Below, piece by piece: positions 25,633-34,297 of a stretch of 40,579 bases of DNA (position 1 is its first letter; each line of letters opens with the position of its first letter). Under the pieces are notes generated by a model that saw only the letters and a program-made list of their open reading frames with translations, did not search any database and was not told the origin of the DNA. The translations under genes were made by a program, and so were the position numbers. This DNA is from an uncultured archaeon (GTDB lineage: Archaea; Aenigmatarchaeota; Aenigmatarchaeia; CG10238-14; SCSR01), in contig CAZPVR010000001.1 in the NCBI GenBank assembly GCA_964590365.1, positions 1 to 40,579 on the forward strand, in the 5' to 3' direction.

Positions 25633-28600
25633 CTAAATCCTCTGTATGAAGCCTGGAGAAGGCTCAAAAACTACTCCTTCGCTCTTCATACTTCTTAATA
25701 TATCCTCAGCGTTATCTATTCCTCTTTCCCTTGCTGCTTTAATTATCTCATCAACAGGAATGTTCTTTCCAAAAACTTTTTCAAGCTCGTTTATTATGTC
25801 TATCATACTCCTTATCTTTCCTCTTTGGGAGCTTGGTATATGGCCTTCTGCCCTATCTATATCTATTTTACCAGTTTCTGGGTCGAAACCAAATTGCCTT
25901 AAGGATGCTTTCATGAGGTTTATTGCCCTTATAGCATCTTCGGGCAAAACTTCGTTTCTGATTTGAACTTTTGCGGATGCTTCAGCGAGCCTTATTAAAG
26001 CTTCATACTGCCTTAAAGTTATTGGAATTGGAGATTCTTCCCCACTTGCTTTTTCCCTCAACTTAACGAAAAAATCTTTTATTATTTCTCCTGCCTCCTT
26101 GGTGAGCTTTGGTTTGCAATTTTTTCTTGCGTAGGCTATATACTTCCTCATAAGGTTTATATCTATCTCAGGTTTTACCTCCTCTTCCATAAAGTGTCTC
26201 GCTTTAAGTATATGGTCTGCGATTTTTGCATCAAGCTCAGGATTTGGCACATCTCTTAAAGCAAACTTTAAGTCGAATCTTGCAAGCAAAGTTTCTGGAA
26301 CGTTTATTTGCTCTTTTATAGGCAAGAAAGGATCGAACCTTCCAAATTTTGGATTTCCTCCTGCCAATATAGCAGTTTCTGCAGGTAAAGTAGCAACTAT
26401 GCTAGCTTTAGCTATGCTTATCGTTTGCTGCTCCATAGCCTCATGCAAAGCAATCTGGTCAGTTTTTTCTATCTTCTCAAATTCATCTATAGCGCAAAGG
26501 CTTTTATTACACATAACTAAAGCTCCTGCTTCCAAAACCCATCCTCCCAAAAATTCTTCATCCCTTACAACAGTAGCAGTTAATCCTGCAGTAGTTACTC
26601 CTTTTCCTGAAACATATCTACCCCTAGGAATCAGGCTTGAAACAACCTTCATCAAAGCGCTTTTCGCAGTATTATGGCAGACTATTCCATTTGCGACAAA
26701 CCTATAATGGTTTGGAACTTCTATGTCATAAACAGTTTCTGGAGGATGATATATTATCTTAACAACTTTTTCCCAGCGTTTATAATGCTTTCTTCGTTTC
26801 AATTTTTTTACTTCTTCTACAAGTTTTTCTAGCTTTTCTTTTTTCTTTTTTGAGTTAAAGCCTATATGTTTAGCGAACTTCATAATAGAGTTCGCTTCTC
26901 TTATCATTAAGTTATTTCCATAAATTCTTGAGTGAATGCCAAATCTTAATAAGAGAATTTGGATATCACGCAATAATTCAACATCTTTAGCTTTATAAAG
27001 TATGCCTCTTCTACTCCCTTTTGAAATTACTGAGCCATCACCATCATAAAGCCAAGAAAGGAAATGAGCAACAACGCTATTTTTTGATTGTAAAATTAAG
27101 TCAGGAATTCTTTTAATTTTTATAAATTCCAAAATTTTCGCCAATCTAAAAGAATTAAATACCATTTCAATATTAACACCGTTTTTTCCTTTATGCTTTT
27201 TAACTCTTGGTTCTATATCAAAAATTTCCTTGAAAAATTCTTTCATTTTTGGTAATAAATCTAGCTCTTCATAGTTGAATGTACAACCAACTCTGTATTT
27301 TTGTACATAACCATCAGCCAACAAATAACCAAGAATGCTTGCCAATTTTTCATCTACCACTTTCGGTATTTTAATTTTCTTTCCTCTCTTAGAATTATCT
27401 TCGATATTCCATTTAGTTTCTACATATTTGTAGATTCTGCATGGTATCCAGTTGATGGTTCTAACTTTATCACCAATTTTTATTTCATCCAAACGTTTCC
27501 ACATAACTGGTAAGGGTTTACCAAAAGCACCCTTTCCACTTTCCTTAGCCAGAACAGGCTGGTTGAAAGTACCTTTTATACTTTTTCCACTTTCTGTAAC
27601 AATTTCTATTATAGGATGAAATTCGTACTTATGAAAGACTTTTGCCATTCCTCTTTTATAACCCTGTGCTAAATAAACTGGAACATTAATTTTCTGTAAA
27701 TGATGTGAGCCTAGAGAAGAAATTTTAACAATACTACCATTTGCAAGTATAACTCTTTCATCCCCAACCAAACAACTTGGGTCGCCGACTAATAAAATGT
27801 GAATATCTCCCCTTACTCTCGATTTGTCCTTTTGTATGTGAGGGACTCCACCAAAAAGCTGAAGCAAAATGGCCTCTTTTACTTCATCCATCCCATAAAG
27901 GCTTGGAGCGATTGAATTAACAAATTTTCTGTAAATTTCAGGATCTTTTGACAGCTCTAAAATCTTTTTCTCATCTTCAGGAGAAATTTCAATTTCTTCC
28001 CATTCAACCTCTATGCTCTCAATGTTATTCGCATCTAAATAAATTTCTATCTGTCTACTTCTCGTTCCTTTAACTCTTCTTGGCAATTGCTTCAAGATAC
28101 CAATTACTCTTATCCTATTTCCAGGGTCTGTTTTTGTCTGCATTTTTGGCAAAGTAAGGTCTTCTTTTAAGAAAACCATTATTTCAGAAGGCCTTTCTCC
28201 ACTAGTAATCTCAAAAGGCTCTTCTATCACTATCCATCTTGCATCGTAAAGCTTCTGATCGACAAACTTAAAACCTTTTTTACAACCACAATCGCATTCT
28301 GTGGGAGCCCTTATCATCCTTTCAGTTTGAAGCACAGAAATTCTTTTTCCACATTCTGGACATAAGAATACTGCCTCAGAAACCTCAGGCCTTACTTCAC
28401 TTGCTCTTTTAACTATGCCCTCTACAACTATAAGCTTACCTATATGGTTAGATCTTATGTTTCTTATTCTTATTTCCCTCTCTTCCGGTAAATTTACAAA
28501 CCTTATCCTTAAGACTTCTTCTCCTGGTAAATCCAGTTGCTTAAGCGCTTCCTCTGCAAGCGGTATAGTTTCTTCAGGATTTTCCACCACAAGATCGGCA

Positions 28601-28749
28601 ACTTCTGGATTAAACTTATCCAAAAGGCCAAAATCCACTATTAAAGATTTTTTTCCTTGGCTTAAGCATGAAATTATTTCTTGGTAATAATTCTCCTTTA
28701 GGAATTCCGCGAATATATCTATAATATCGTCTCTCTCCATAGAACCCAA
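25633..28749 (-). CDS. mcm: MCM replicative helicase, interrupted by an intein in the Walker A P-loop
   Basis: N-terminal Zn finger CPECG...CDCGC, Walker A split as LLVGDPS[intein]TAKS, Walker B CAIDEFEK, arginine finger SRFDL-like LLARFDL, C-terminal winged helix. 670 aa without the intein. Confidence 0.95.
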   Translation of the reverse strand: MGSMERDDIIDIFAEFLKENYYQEIISCLSQGKKSLIVDFGLLDKFNPEVADLVVENPEETIPLAEEALKQLDLPGEEVLRIRFVNLPEEREIRIRNIRSNHIGKLIVVEGIVKRASEVRPEVSEAVFLCPECGKRISVLQTERMIRAPTECDCGCKKGFKFVDQKLYDARWIVIEEPFEITSGERPSEIMVFLKEDLTLPKMQTKTDPGNRIRVIGILKQLPRRVKGTRSRQIEIYLDANNIESIEVEWEEIEISPEDEKKILELSKDPEIYRKFVNSIAPSLYGMDEVKEAILLQLFGGVPHIQKDKSRVRGDIHILLVGDPSCLVGDERVILANGSIVKISSLGSHHLQKINVPVYLAQGYKRGMAKVFHKYEFHPIIEIVTESGKSIKGTFNQPVLAKESGKGAFGKPLPVMWKRLDEIKIGDKVRTINWIPCRIYKYVETKWNIEDNSKRGKKIKIPKVVDEKLASILGYLLADGYVQKYRVGCTFNYEELDLLPKMKEFFKEIFDIEPRVKKHKGKNGVNIEMVFNSFRLAKILEFIKIKRIPDLILQSKNSVVAHFLSWLYDGDGSVISKGSRRGILYKAKDVELLRDIQILLLRFGIHSRIYGNNLMIREANSIMKFAKHIGFNSKKKKEKLEKLVEEVKKLKRRKHYKRWEKVVKIIYHPPETVYDIEVPNHYRFVANGIVCHNTAKSALMKVVSSLIPRGRYVSGKGVTTAGLTATVVRDEEFLGGWVLEAGALVMCNKSLCAIDEFEKIEKTDQIALHEAMEQQTISIAKASIVATLPAETAILAGGNPKFGRFDPFLPIKEQINVPETLLARFDLKFALRDVPNPELDAKIADHILKARHFMEEEVKPEIDINLMRKYIAYARKNCKPKLTKEAGEIIKDFFVKLREKASGEESPIPITLRQYEALIRLAEASAKVQIRNEVLPEDAIRAINLMKASLRQFGFDPETGKIDIDRAEGHIPSSQRGKIRSMIDIINELEKVFGKNIPVDEIIKAARERGIDNAEDILRSMKSEGVVFEPSPGFIQRI
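26671..27774 (-). mobile_element. intein (368 aa) with a LAGLIDADG homing-endonuclease domain
   Basis: Begins at Cys326 (CLVGDERVILANG, block A). LAGLIDADG motifs ILGYLLADGYV and FLSWLYDGDGSV. Block F/G VYDIEVPNHYRFVANGIVCHN, followed by +1 Thr (TAKS). Boundaries were checked against codons (TGT at 27774..27772; AAT at 26673..26671). Confidence 0.9.
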
Positions 28750-28806
28750 TACTTTTATAATTTACATTAATAAATCTTTTTCTAATTTCTGAAATGATTC
28801 AGAAAA

Positions 28807-29358
28807 CTATCTTTTAACTAATGCCCCTATCCTCTTAAGTTTTTCCGAAACCTTCTTCACAGCATCTTTTACGTCTTGTATGCTTCTTGCTCCTGTACAT
28901 ACTATTTTTCCTGAGCCGAAGAGAAGGAACGCTACTTTTGGAGACTCCATTCTATAAACTAAACCTGGAAATTGTTCTGGCTCGTATTCAGAATTTTCAA
29001 GGCTGAAGGCAATTTTATCCAAATTTAAGTTAGCATCCAGCTTAGTTGAAGCGACTATGTTTTCAACTTGTATTTTTGTATTCTTAGGTATTTTTACTCC
29101 AGCTTTCTTCACAAAATTTTTTACCTTTTCAAAAACTAAGTTTACGTCTTGTATGCTTCTTGCTCCTGTACATACTATTTTTCCTGAGCCAAAAATTAAA
29201 GCAGCTGCTTTCGGTTTATTAATTCTATAAACTAAGCCTGGGAATTGTTCTGGCTCGTATTCCACACCCTCCCCTTTAGTAACTATTTTTTCCAACGGAA
29301 TTTCAACACCCAGAGAAGCTGAAGCAACTATGTTTTCAATCCTTATTTTAAAATCCAT
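28807..29358 (-). CDS. tbp: TATA-box binding protein
   Basis: Two tandem TBP repeats (ENIVAS...EYEPEQFPGLVYR...FGSGKIVCTGARSIQDV appears twice). 183 aa. Confidence 0.95.
   Translation of the reverse strand: MDFKIRIENIVASASLGVEIPLEKIVTKGEGVEYEPEQFPGLVYRINKPKAAALIFGSGKIVCTGARSIQDVNLVFEKVKNFVKKAGVKIPKNTKIQVENIVASTKLDANLNLDKIAFSLENSEYEPEQFPGLVYRMESPKVAFLLFGSGKIVCTGARSIQDVKDAVKKVSEKLKRIGALVKR
28868..28917. repeat. 50-nt perfect direct repeat, copy 1 (inside tbp repeat 2)
   Basis: tttacgtcttgtatgcttcttgctcctgtacatactatttttcctgagcc is identical to 29141..29190. Confidence 0.9.
29141..29190. repeat. 50-nt perfect direct repeat, copy 2 (inside tbp repeat 1)
   Basis: Identical to 28868..28917. A second tract of about 42 nt (28949..28990 versus 29222..29263, approximate) differs at 2 positions. 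Confidence 0.9.
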
Positions 29359-29402
29359 CTCCCCACCTCTCTTAATATTAGAATTTAAAACTTAAATAGT
29401 AT

Positions 29403-29876
29403 TTATAAGTTTTTCGAAAAGCTTAAATAGTATTCCAAGTTGCAGAGAAAATTGTTCAATTTCCAAACAGGAATTACGAGTGTATTGCCTTCTTTAACAA
29501 TCTCTTCTTCTAGAAGCGTAATTAATACAGAGTAAAATTTTTTGCCGCTCAAATTAAAACTTGCGGAAACTTTTTTCAGTTCCCTCAACCTTTCCTCTTG
29601 GAGCAAGGCTGCCCTTCTTATCTCACTCTTCTTATACCTTCCCCTTGAAAGCATTTTGCAATCTATTCCAAGAACCAGATCTCCTTTGACAGCAAGAACG
29701 TCTATCTCAAACCTTCTTACTGTCTTGAACCTAAAATTATTAAACGAAGTGAAAGAATGAATTTCTAGAACTTCCTTAACAAAATTTTCAAAAAATTTCC
29801 ATCCAAACTTTTTAATAACATCTTCTAACTTTTTCCCAGAAATAATCTCTTTCTCAACTTCTTCTATTCCTATCAT
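29403..29876 (-). CDS. hypothetical protein, possible PD-(D/E)xK nuclease fold (Hjc/Mrr-like)
   Basis: E...(FENFVKEVLE)...FEIDVLAVKGDLVLGIDCK fits an E / D / (D/E)xK arrangement. This is weak, motif-level evidence only. Confidence 0.35.
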   Translation of the reverse strand: MIGIEEVEKEIISGKKLEDVIKKFGWKFFENFVKEVLEIHSFTSFNNFRFKTVRRFEIDVLAVKGDLVLGIDCKMLSRGRYKKSEIRRAALLQEERLRELKKVSASFNLSGKKFYSVLITLLEEEIVKEGNTLVIPVWKLNNFLCNLEYYLSFSKNL

Positions 29877-29910
29877 ATTTATTTTAAAAGAATTTAGAAG
29901 AAAATATAAA

Positions 29911-29916
29911 GGTGAT
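29911..29916 (+). promoter_or_regulatory. Shine-Dalgarno-like GGTGAT upstream of rnhB
   Basis: GGTGAT, then 3 nt, then ATC (29920). The same GGTGAT-N3-start layout occurs at 33064..33069 before the GTG of dph2. Confidence 0.4.
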
Positions 29917-29919
29917 TAC

Positions 29920-30657
29920 ATCTTAATTTGTGGAATAGACGAAGCAGGGAGAGGAGCTTTAATCGGGCCTTTAGTCATAGCTTGCGTTTGCATAGAGAAA
30001 AAGGATGAAAAAAAGCTTAAGGCTATTGGAGTAAAGGATTCCAAGACTTTGAGCCCAAGCAGGAGAAAAGAGCTTGTCGAAGAAATAGAAAAAATTGCTA
30101 AGAATGTAGTTGTCTTAAGAATTCCTGCATGCAAAATTCTGAGCTATAGTAAGAAAAAAATTAAGCTTGATGAGTTGGAAGCAATAAAAATTGCACAACT
30201 GATTGAAATGATAGATGCAAAAAAATTTTACATAGATTCCCTTGGCAATGCAAGAGAAAATCCTAGGTTCGAAAGGATGATAAGGAAAAATTTAAGCAAG
30301 GATGTTGAGCTTGTAGTTGAAAATTATGCAGATGAAAACTATCCGGTAGTTTCAGCAGCATCTATAGTAGCAAAAGTTGAAAGGGATAGGGCAATAGAGG
30401 AATTGAAGAAAAAAGTTAAGTTTGATTTTGGCGTTGGTTACAGCCATGATGAGAGAACGATAAAATTTTTGGAAAAGGTTTTTCTTGAGTATGATAAAAA
30501 ACCTGACTTCATAAGATGGCATTGGGATACTGTTGAAAGCGTGGCAGAAAGGCTTTGGAGAGAGGGAAAAAAGCTAAAACCATGGGTAAGGGAAGAAATA
30601 CTCAAGGGTAAAAGCCTGCAAAAAATTATAAAAGATTTCTTTAAGAAAATGAAATAG
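29920..30657 (+). CDS. rnhB: ribonuclease HII (start codon unresolved; the ORF track begins only at the internal TTG 30049)
   Basis: In-frame upstream codons encode (I)LICGIDEAGRGALIGPLVIACV...GVKDSKTLSP, the catalytic N-terminus of RNase HII. The track ORF continues with ...DSLGN...ADENYPVVSAASIVAKVERD...GYSHD. Confidence 0.8.
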   Translation: MLICGIDEAGRGALIGPLVIACVCIEKKDEKKLKAIGVKDSKTLSPSRRKELVEEIEKIAKNVVVLRIPACKILSYSKKKIKLDELEAIKIAQLIEMIDAKKFYIDSLGNARENPRFERMIRKNLSKDVELVVENYADENYPVVSAASIVAKVERDRAIEELKKKVKFDFGVGYSHDERTIKFLEKVFLEYDKKPDFIRWHWDTVESVAERLWREGKKLKPWVREEILKGKSLQKIIKDFFKKMK

Positions 30658-30664
30658 TGGTATT

Positions 30665-30904
30665 ATGGGGGAAAAGAGGCTGATTTTAATCTTTGGCTTT
30701 CTTGGAATATTTGCAGCCTTTCTCTCCCAAATTTTACTTAAAAATTTTCAAAGCTTACTCTTTCCACTTTTCCCTCCCATAATATTATTCCTTTTTTCAT
30801 TTCCTTTTTTAATTAAAGAGAAGAAAATTATTTTTGATTTAACAGCAACTTTTTTCCTTCTTTGGTTTGTTTTCTGGCTTTTGCTCTACGGGTTGGAAGC
30901 ATGA
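30665..30904 (+). CDS. small membrane protein (79 aa)
   Basis: Two to three hydrophobic helices. Its stop overlaps the aspS ATG (ATGA). Confidence 0.4.
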   Translation: MGEKRLILIFGFLGIFAAFLSQILLKNFQSLLFPLFPPIILFLFSFPFLIKEKKIIFDLTATFFLLWFVFWLLLYGLEA

Positions 30905-32184
30905 AGAAGAACTATACGAGTGAACTTAAAAAGCTGGTTGGAAAAGAAGTAGTTTTGGGTGGATGGTGCCACGACGTAAGAATACTTGGGAATATAAATT
31001 TTCTCCTTTTAAGGGACAAGGATGGTATTGCCCAAGTAACAGCGAAAAAAGGTGTGGTAAAGGATGAAATTATTGAAATTATGAAGAAACTGCATCAGGA
31101 GGATTGTGTTTTAGTAAAGGGGAAGGTTGTTAGAAGTAAGCAGAAAGAATTTGAAGTCATTCCTGAAGAAATAAAAGTTATAAGCAGAGCGAAAGTTCCG
31201 CTACCCTTAGATCCAAGAGAAGTTACAAAGGCCAATTTAGCAACAAAGCTGGATAATAGGCTTTTGGATTTGAGGACCCAAACATCAAGAGCGATTTTTA
31301 AAATACAAGCAAAGATAGCGGAAGCTTTTAGAAATTTCATGCTAAAAAATGGTTACATAGAAATTCAACCACCTATAATAATTTCTTCTGCAAGCGAAGG
31401 CGGTGCTGAACTTTTTTCTCTCCCGTACTTTGAACAAAAAGCTTTTCTTGCCCAATCTCCCCAGCTTTACAAGCAAATTTGTGCTTTAGCCTTTGAAAAA
31501 GTTTTTTGTATTACCCCAGTTTTTAGAGCAGAAAAATTCGACCAGCCAACTCACTTAAACGAAATAAGACAAATGGATATAGAGCAGGCTTTTGCTAACG
31601 ATGAGGATGTTATGAAAGTTTTGGAGGAGTGTCTTGTTTTCATACTGAAAGAAGTGAAAAGGTGTAGGGAAGAATTGGAAATTTTAAAGCAGGAAGTTAA
31701 GATACCAAAATTGCCTTTGAAGAGAATTACTTATTCAAAAGCTGTGGAAATTCTTTCTGAGAATGGGGAAGAAATTAAGTATGGGGATGATTTTTCAAAG
31801 ATTCAAGAGAAAAAGTTGTGGGAAATTCTGAAAGAGGATGCATTTTTCTTGACAGAATGGCCTGAGGAGCTTAAGCCTTTCTATGCTATGCCAGATGAAA
31901 AAAATCCTAAAATAGTTAGGGCCTTTGACTTGATATTCAAGGGTTTGGAAATATCTTCTGGGACGCAAAGAATTCATGACCCAGATTTGTTGATTAAAAG
32001 AATTAAAGAAAAAGGATTGGATACGAAAGATTTTGAATTTTATATAGACTGTTTTAGGTATGGGGGCGTGGAGCATGCAGGATGGAGCATAGGCCTAGAA
32101 AGAATTACTATGGCAATTGCAGGAAGGGAAAATATTAGGGAAGTTTGCTTATTCCCCAGGGATAGGAAAAGGATTTTTCCTTAA
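30901..32184 (+). CDS. aspS: aspartyl-tRNA synthetase (archaeal type, class IIb)
   Basis: OB anticodon-binding N-terminus (GWCHDVRILGNINFLLLRDKDGIAQV), QSPQLYKQ, motif 2 FRAEKFDQPTHLNE, C-terminus GGVEHAGWSIGLERI...FPRDRKRIFP. ATG 30901 is preferred over the track start at 30862. Confidence 0.85.
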   Translation: MKKNYTSELKKLVGKEVVLGGWCHDVRILGNINFLLLRDKDGIAQVTAKKGVVKDEIIEIMKKLHQEDCVLVKGKVVRSKQKEFEVIPEEIKVISRAKVPLPLDPREVTKANLATKLDNRLLDLRTQTSRAIFKIQAKIAEAFRNFMLKNGYIEIQPPIIISSASEGGAELFSLPYFEQKAFLAQSPQLYKQICALAFEKVFCITPVFRAEKFDQPTHLNEIRQMDIEQAFANDEDVMKVLEECLVFILKEVKRCREELEILKQEVKIPKLPLKRITYSKAVEILSENGEEIKYGDDFSKIQEKKLWEILKEDAFFLTEWPEELKPFYAMPDEKNPKIVRAFDLIFKGLEISSGTQRIHDPDLLIKRIKEKGLDTKDFEFYIDCFRYGGVEHAGWSIGLERITMAIAGRENIREVCLFPRDRKRIFP

Positions 32185-32406
32185 TTTTTCTAAAAGCATT
32201 TTGCATGCAAGAATGTGCGAGCAAGGCTTTTGCTTCAAGGAAAAAAACTTGCAATCGCAAATAAACTCCTTTTTAATTTTATCAAAAATGACGGAATGTA
32301 AATCCGTTTCGCCCCTAACCTTAAAATGAATTCTTCTCTCACTTTCCAAATCAATCTCAACCCTCTTTTTCCTAAATATTAAATATGCCTTTCTCTCTTT
32401 CTCCAT
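32149..32406 (-). CDS. small SWIM zinc-finger protein
   Basis: C-D-C-x10-C-S-H (CDCKFFSLKQKPCSH) matches the SWIM CxCxnCxH signature. 85 aa. Its 3' end overlaps the aspS 3' end convergently. Confidence 0.55.
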   Translation of the reverse strand: MEKERKAYLIFRKKRVEIDLESERRIHFKVRGETDLHSVIFDKIKKEFICDCKFFSLKQKPCSHILACKMLLEKLRKNPFPIPGE

Positions 32407-32443
32407 ATTAAATTTTTATTAAAAAATAGCAAAAAAATAAAAG

Positions 32444-33076
32444 ATGAAGCTCACAATTTTTTTGATTCTGCTAAACGTTTCAACTTTCCTACTAACTTCA
32501 AACGGGATTTTCATCAGCGAATATTATGCTAAAGAATATGGATTCAGCGTCAAAAATTTTCTCGAAGGAAAGTATTATACTTTGATAACATCCTTTTTCC
32601 TCCATGCACACATTTTTCATTTAATTTTCAACATGGCAGCTCTTTTCGTTCTTGGATGGGCAATCGAATCTAAAGTTACCAAGATTAAATATTTAATAAC
32701 TTATTTCTTGGGAGGTATATTTGGCAATCTTTCAATGTTTCTCTATCCTCCTGAATCGTTAGCAGTAGGGGCTTCTGGTGCAATATCTGCTTTAATAGGC
32801 TTAGGAACTTTCATATGTCCGGGAAAGTTTGTTTTCTTTCCAACCATAATACCAGTTCCTTTCATAGTAGCTGGAGCTATTTATTTTCTAGTAACTATTT
32901 CAAACCTTTTTCTAGTTTCGGAAATAGCATACCCAGCTCACTTTTTTGGCATGTTAACAGGAGGAATTCTAGGCCTTATTTGGGGGGAAAGAAGATTATT
33001 CAGGCTTCTCTTATTCATAATAATTTGCTTATTAATAATTTTTCTCCCATCTTTGATTTTAATGGTGATTGGGTGA
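32444..33076 (+). CDS. rhomboid-family intramembrane serine protease
   Basis: HAHIFHLIFNM (H..xN), GASGAISALIG (GxSG catalytic Ser), AHFFGMLTGGILG (catalytic His), six TM helices. Confidence 0.85.
   Translation: MKLTIFLILLNVSTFLLTSNGIFISEYYAKEYGFSVKNFLEGKYYTLITSFFLHAHIFHLIFNMAALFVLGWAIESKVTKIKYLITYFLGGIFGNLSMFLYPPESLAVGASGAISALIGLGTFICPGKFVFFPTIIPVPFIVAGAIYFLVTISNLFLVSEIAYPAHFFGMLTGGILGLIWGERRLFRLLLFIIICLLIIFLPSLILMVIG
33064..33069 (+). promoter_or_regulatory. Shine-Dalgarno-like GGTGAT upstream of dph2
   Basis: GGTGAT-tgg-GTG(33073). The GTG overlaps the rhomboid stop (gTGA). Confidence 0.4.
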
Positions 33077-33999
33077 AAGATGCTATTAAGAAATTGAAAA
33101 GAATTAAAGCGAGAAAAATTTTGGTTCAATTTCCAGAAGGCCTAAAGCTTAAAATACAAGAAATTGCTGAAGAGTTAGAAAAGAATGGTTTTGATGTACT
33201 GATTTGCTTAGAGCCTTGCTTCGGGGCTTGCGATTTAAGGGATGAAGAAGCTTTAAGGTTAGGATGCGATGCTATTCTGCACATTGGGCATGAAAAGTTT
33301 GTTAAAAAAGCGAAAATCCCCGTTGTTTACTGGGAATATTTCATAGAAGCAGATGCTTGCTCCTTGATCGAAAAAGAATATGAGAAAATAAAGGATTATG
33401 AAAAAATCGGCTTAGTAACTAGCATACAATTCGTAAAGCTTTTACCAAAGGTAAAGGATTTTTTGGAAAAGAGAGGGAAAAAAGTTTTTGTTCACAAGAG
33501 TTTAAATTATCCCGGCCAGGTTTTGGGTTGTAATATAAGTGCTGCGCTTAAGATTGAGAAAGAGGTTGATTGCTTTCTCTGCATTTCTGCAGGAGAATTC
33601 TATGCAGCAGGTTTAACCCTTTTTACAGAAAAGCCTGTTCTAAATTTGGATTTGGAAAAGAAGGAAATTAAAAGTTTGGAGGAATTTAAAAGGAGGACTC
33701 AAAAGATAATAGAGTGGAATAAAAGTTTAATAGATGGGGCAAAGAGGGTTGGAATATTAGTGAGCTGGAAAAAAGGCCAATTAAGAAAAGATTTTTTTGA
33801 AATTAAAAGAAGGCTAAAGAAAAAAGGGAAGGAAGTTTTTGTTTTTGCGATGGATGAAATTACTCCTGAAAAGTTGGAAGGTTTAAAGCTTGATTTTTTG
33901 ATAAACCTTGCTTGCCCAAGGCTTGGTATAGACGATTTGAGCAAGTTTAAAATTCCTATGTTAAATTTTGCATTCGTTGAGAAATATTTAAATTCTTGA
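33073..33999 (+). CDS. dph2: diphthamide synthesis enzyme Dph2 (2-(3-amino-3-carboxypropyl)histidine synthase)
   Basis: KILVQFPEGLKLKIQEIAEELEKNGFDVLICLEPCFGACDL...CDAILHIGH is the conserved Dph2 N-terminal block. The track ORF (from 32815) runs through the rhomboid gene, so I place the start at GTG 33073. Confidence 0.8.
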   Translation: MKDAIKKLKRIKARKILVQFPEGLKLKIQEIAEELEKNGFDVLICLEPCFGACDLRDEEALRLGCDAILHIGHEKFVKKAKIPVVYWEYFIEADACSLIEKEYEKIKDYEKIGLVTSIQFVKLLPKVKDFLEKRGKKVFVHKSLNYPGQVLGCNISAALKIEKEVDCFLCISAGEFYAAGLTLFTEKPVLNLDLEKKEIKSLEEFKRRTQKIIEWNKSLIDGAKRVGILVSWKKGQLRKDFFEIKRRLKKKGKEVFVFAMDEITPEKLEGLKLDFLINLACPRLGIDDLSKFKIPMLNFAFVEKYLNS

Positions 34000-34024
34000 A
34001 TTGAAAATTAAGATTTACGAAAAC

Positions 34025-34297
34025 ATGGAGTTAGTAGTTTTAAAGAAGGAAGAAAAAGAATTAATTTTGGAAGTTAGGGGGGAATCCTTAGGCTTCATTA
34101 ACGCGATAAGAGAAGAGCTTTGGAACGATAAAACCGTTTTAGAATCTGCTATGAGAAAAGAGCATCCTTACTTAGCTGAGCCTAAGATAGTACTCAAAGT
34201 CTATAGAGGCGAGCCGGAAGAGGCCTTGGAAAAAGCTTGCGATAGGATTATGGAAAAGATTGAGGAATTCGAAAAAAAGTTTAAAGAAGAGATTTAG
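34025..34297 (+). CDS. rpoL: DNA-directed RNA polymerase subunit L (Rpo11)
   Basis: MELVVLKKEEKELILEVRGESLGFINAIREEL...EHPYLAEPKIVLKV...PEEALEKA matches the RpoL pattern (E..l.i.geDHTl.N.lr.eL...HP....P.l.i). ATG 34025 is preferred over TTG 34001. Confidence 0.7.
   Translation: MELVVLKKEEKELILEVRGESLGFINAIREELWNDKTVLESAMRKEHPYLAEPKIVLKVYRGEPEEALEKACDRIMEKIEEFEKKFKEEI

Noticed and set aside
29916-30134. 72-aa minus-strand ORF
   Set aside because: It covers the region that encodes the conserved GIDEAGRG...GVKDSK N-terminus of RNase HII on the plus strand, so it is a shadow ORF.
32815-33072. N-terminal 86 codons of the 394-aa track ORF for Dph2, and similar 5' extensions at 30862..30900 (aspS), 34737..34844 (flavin reductase), 34001..34024 (rpoL) and 37086..37112 (DUF72)
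   Set aside because: The extensions overlap the preceding or convergent gene and translate to low-complexity sequence. Conserved family N-termini begin at the internal start codons I used.
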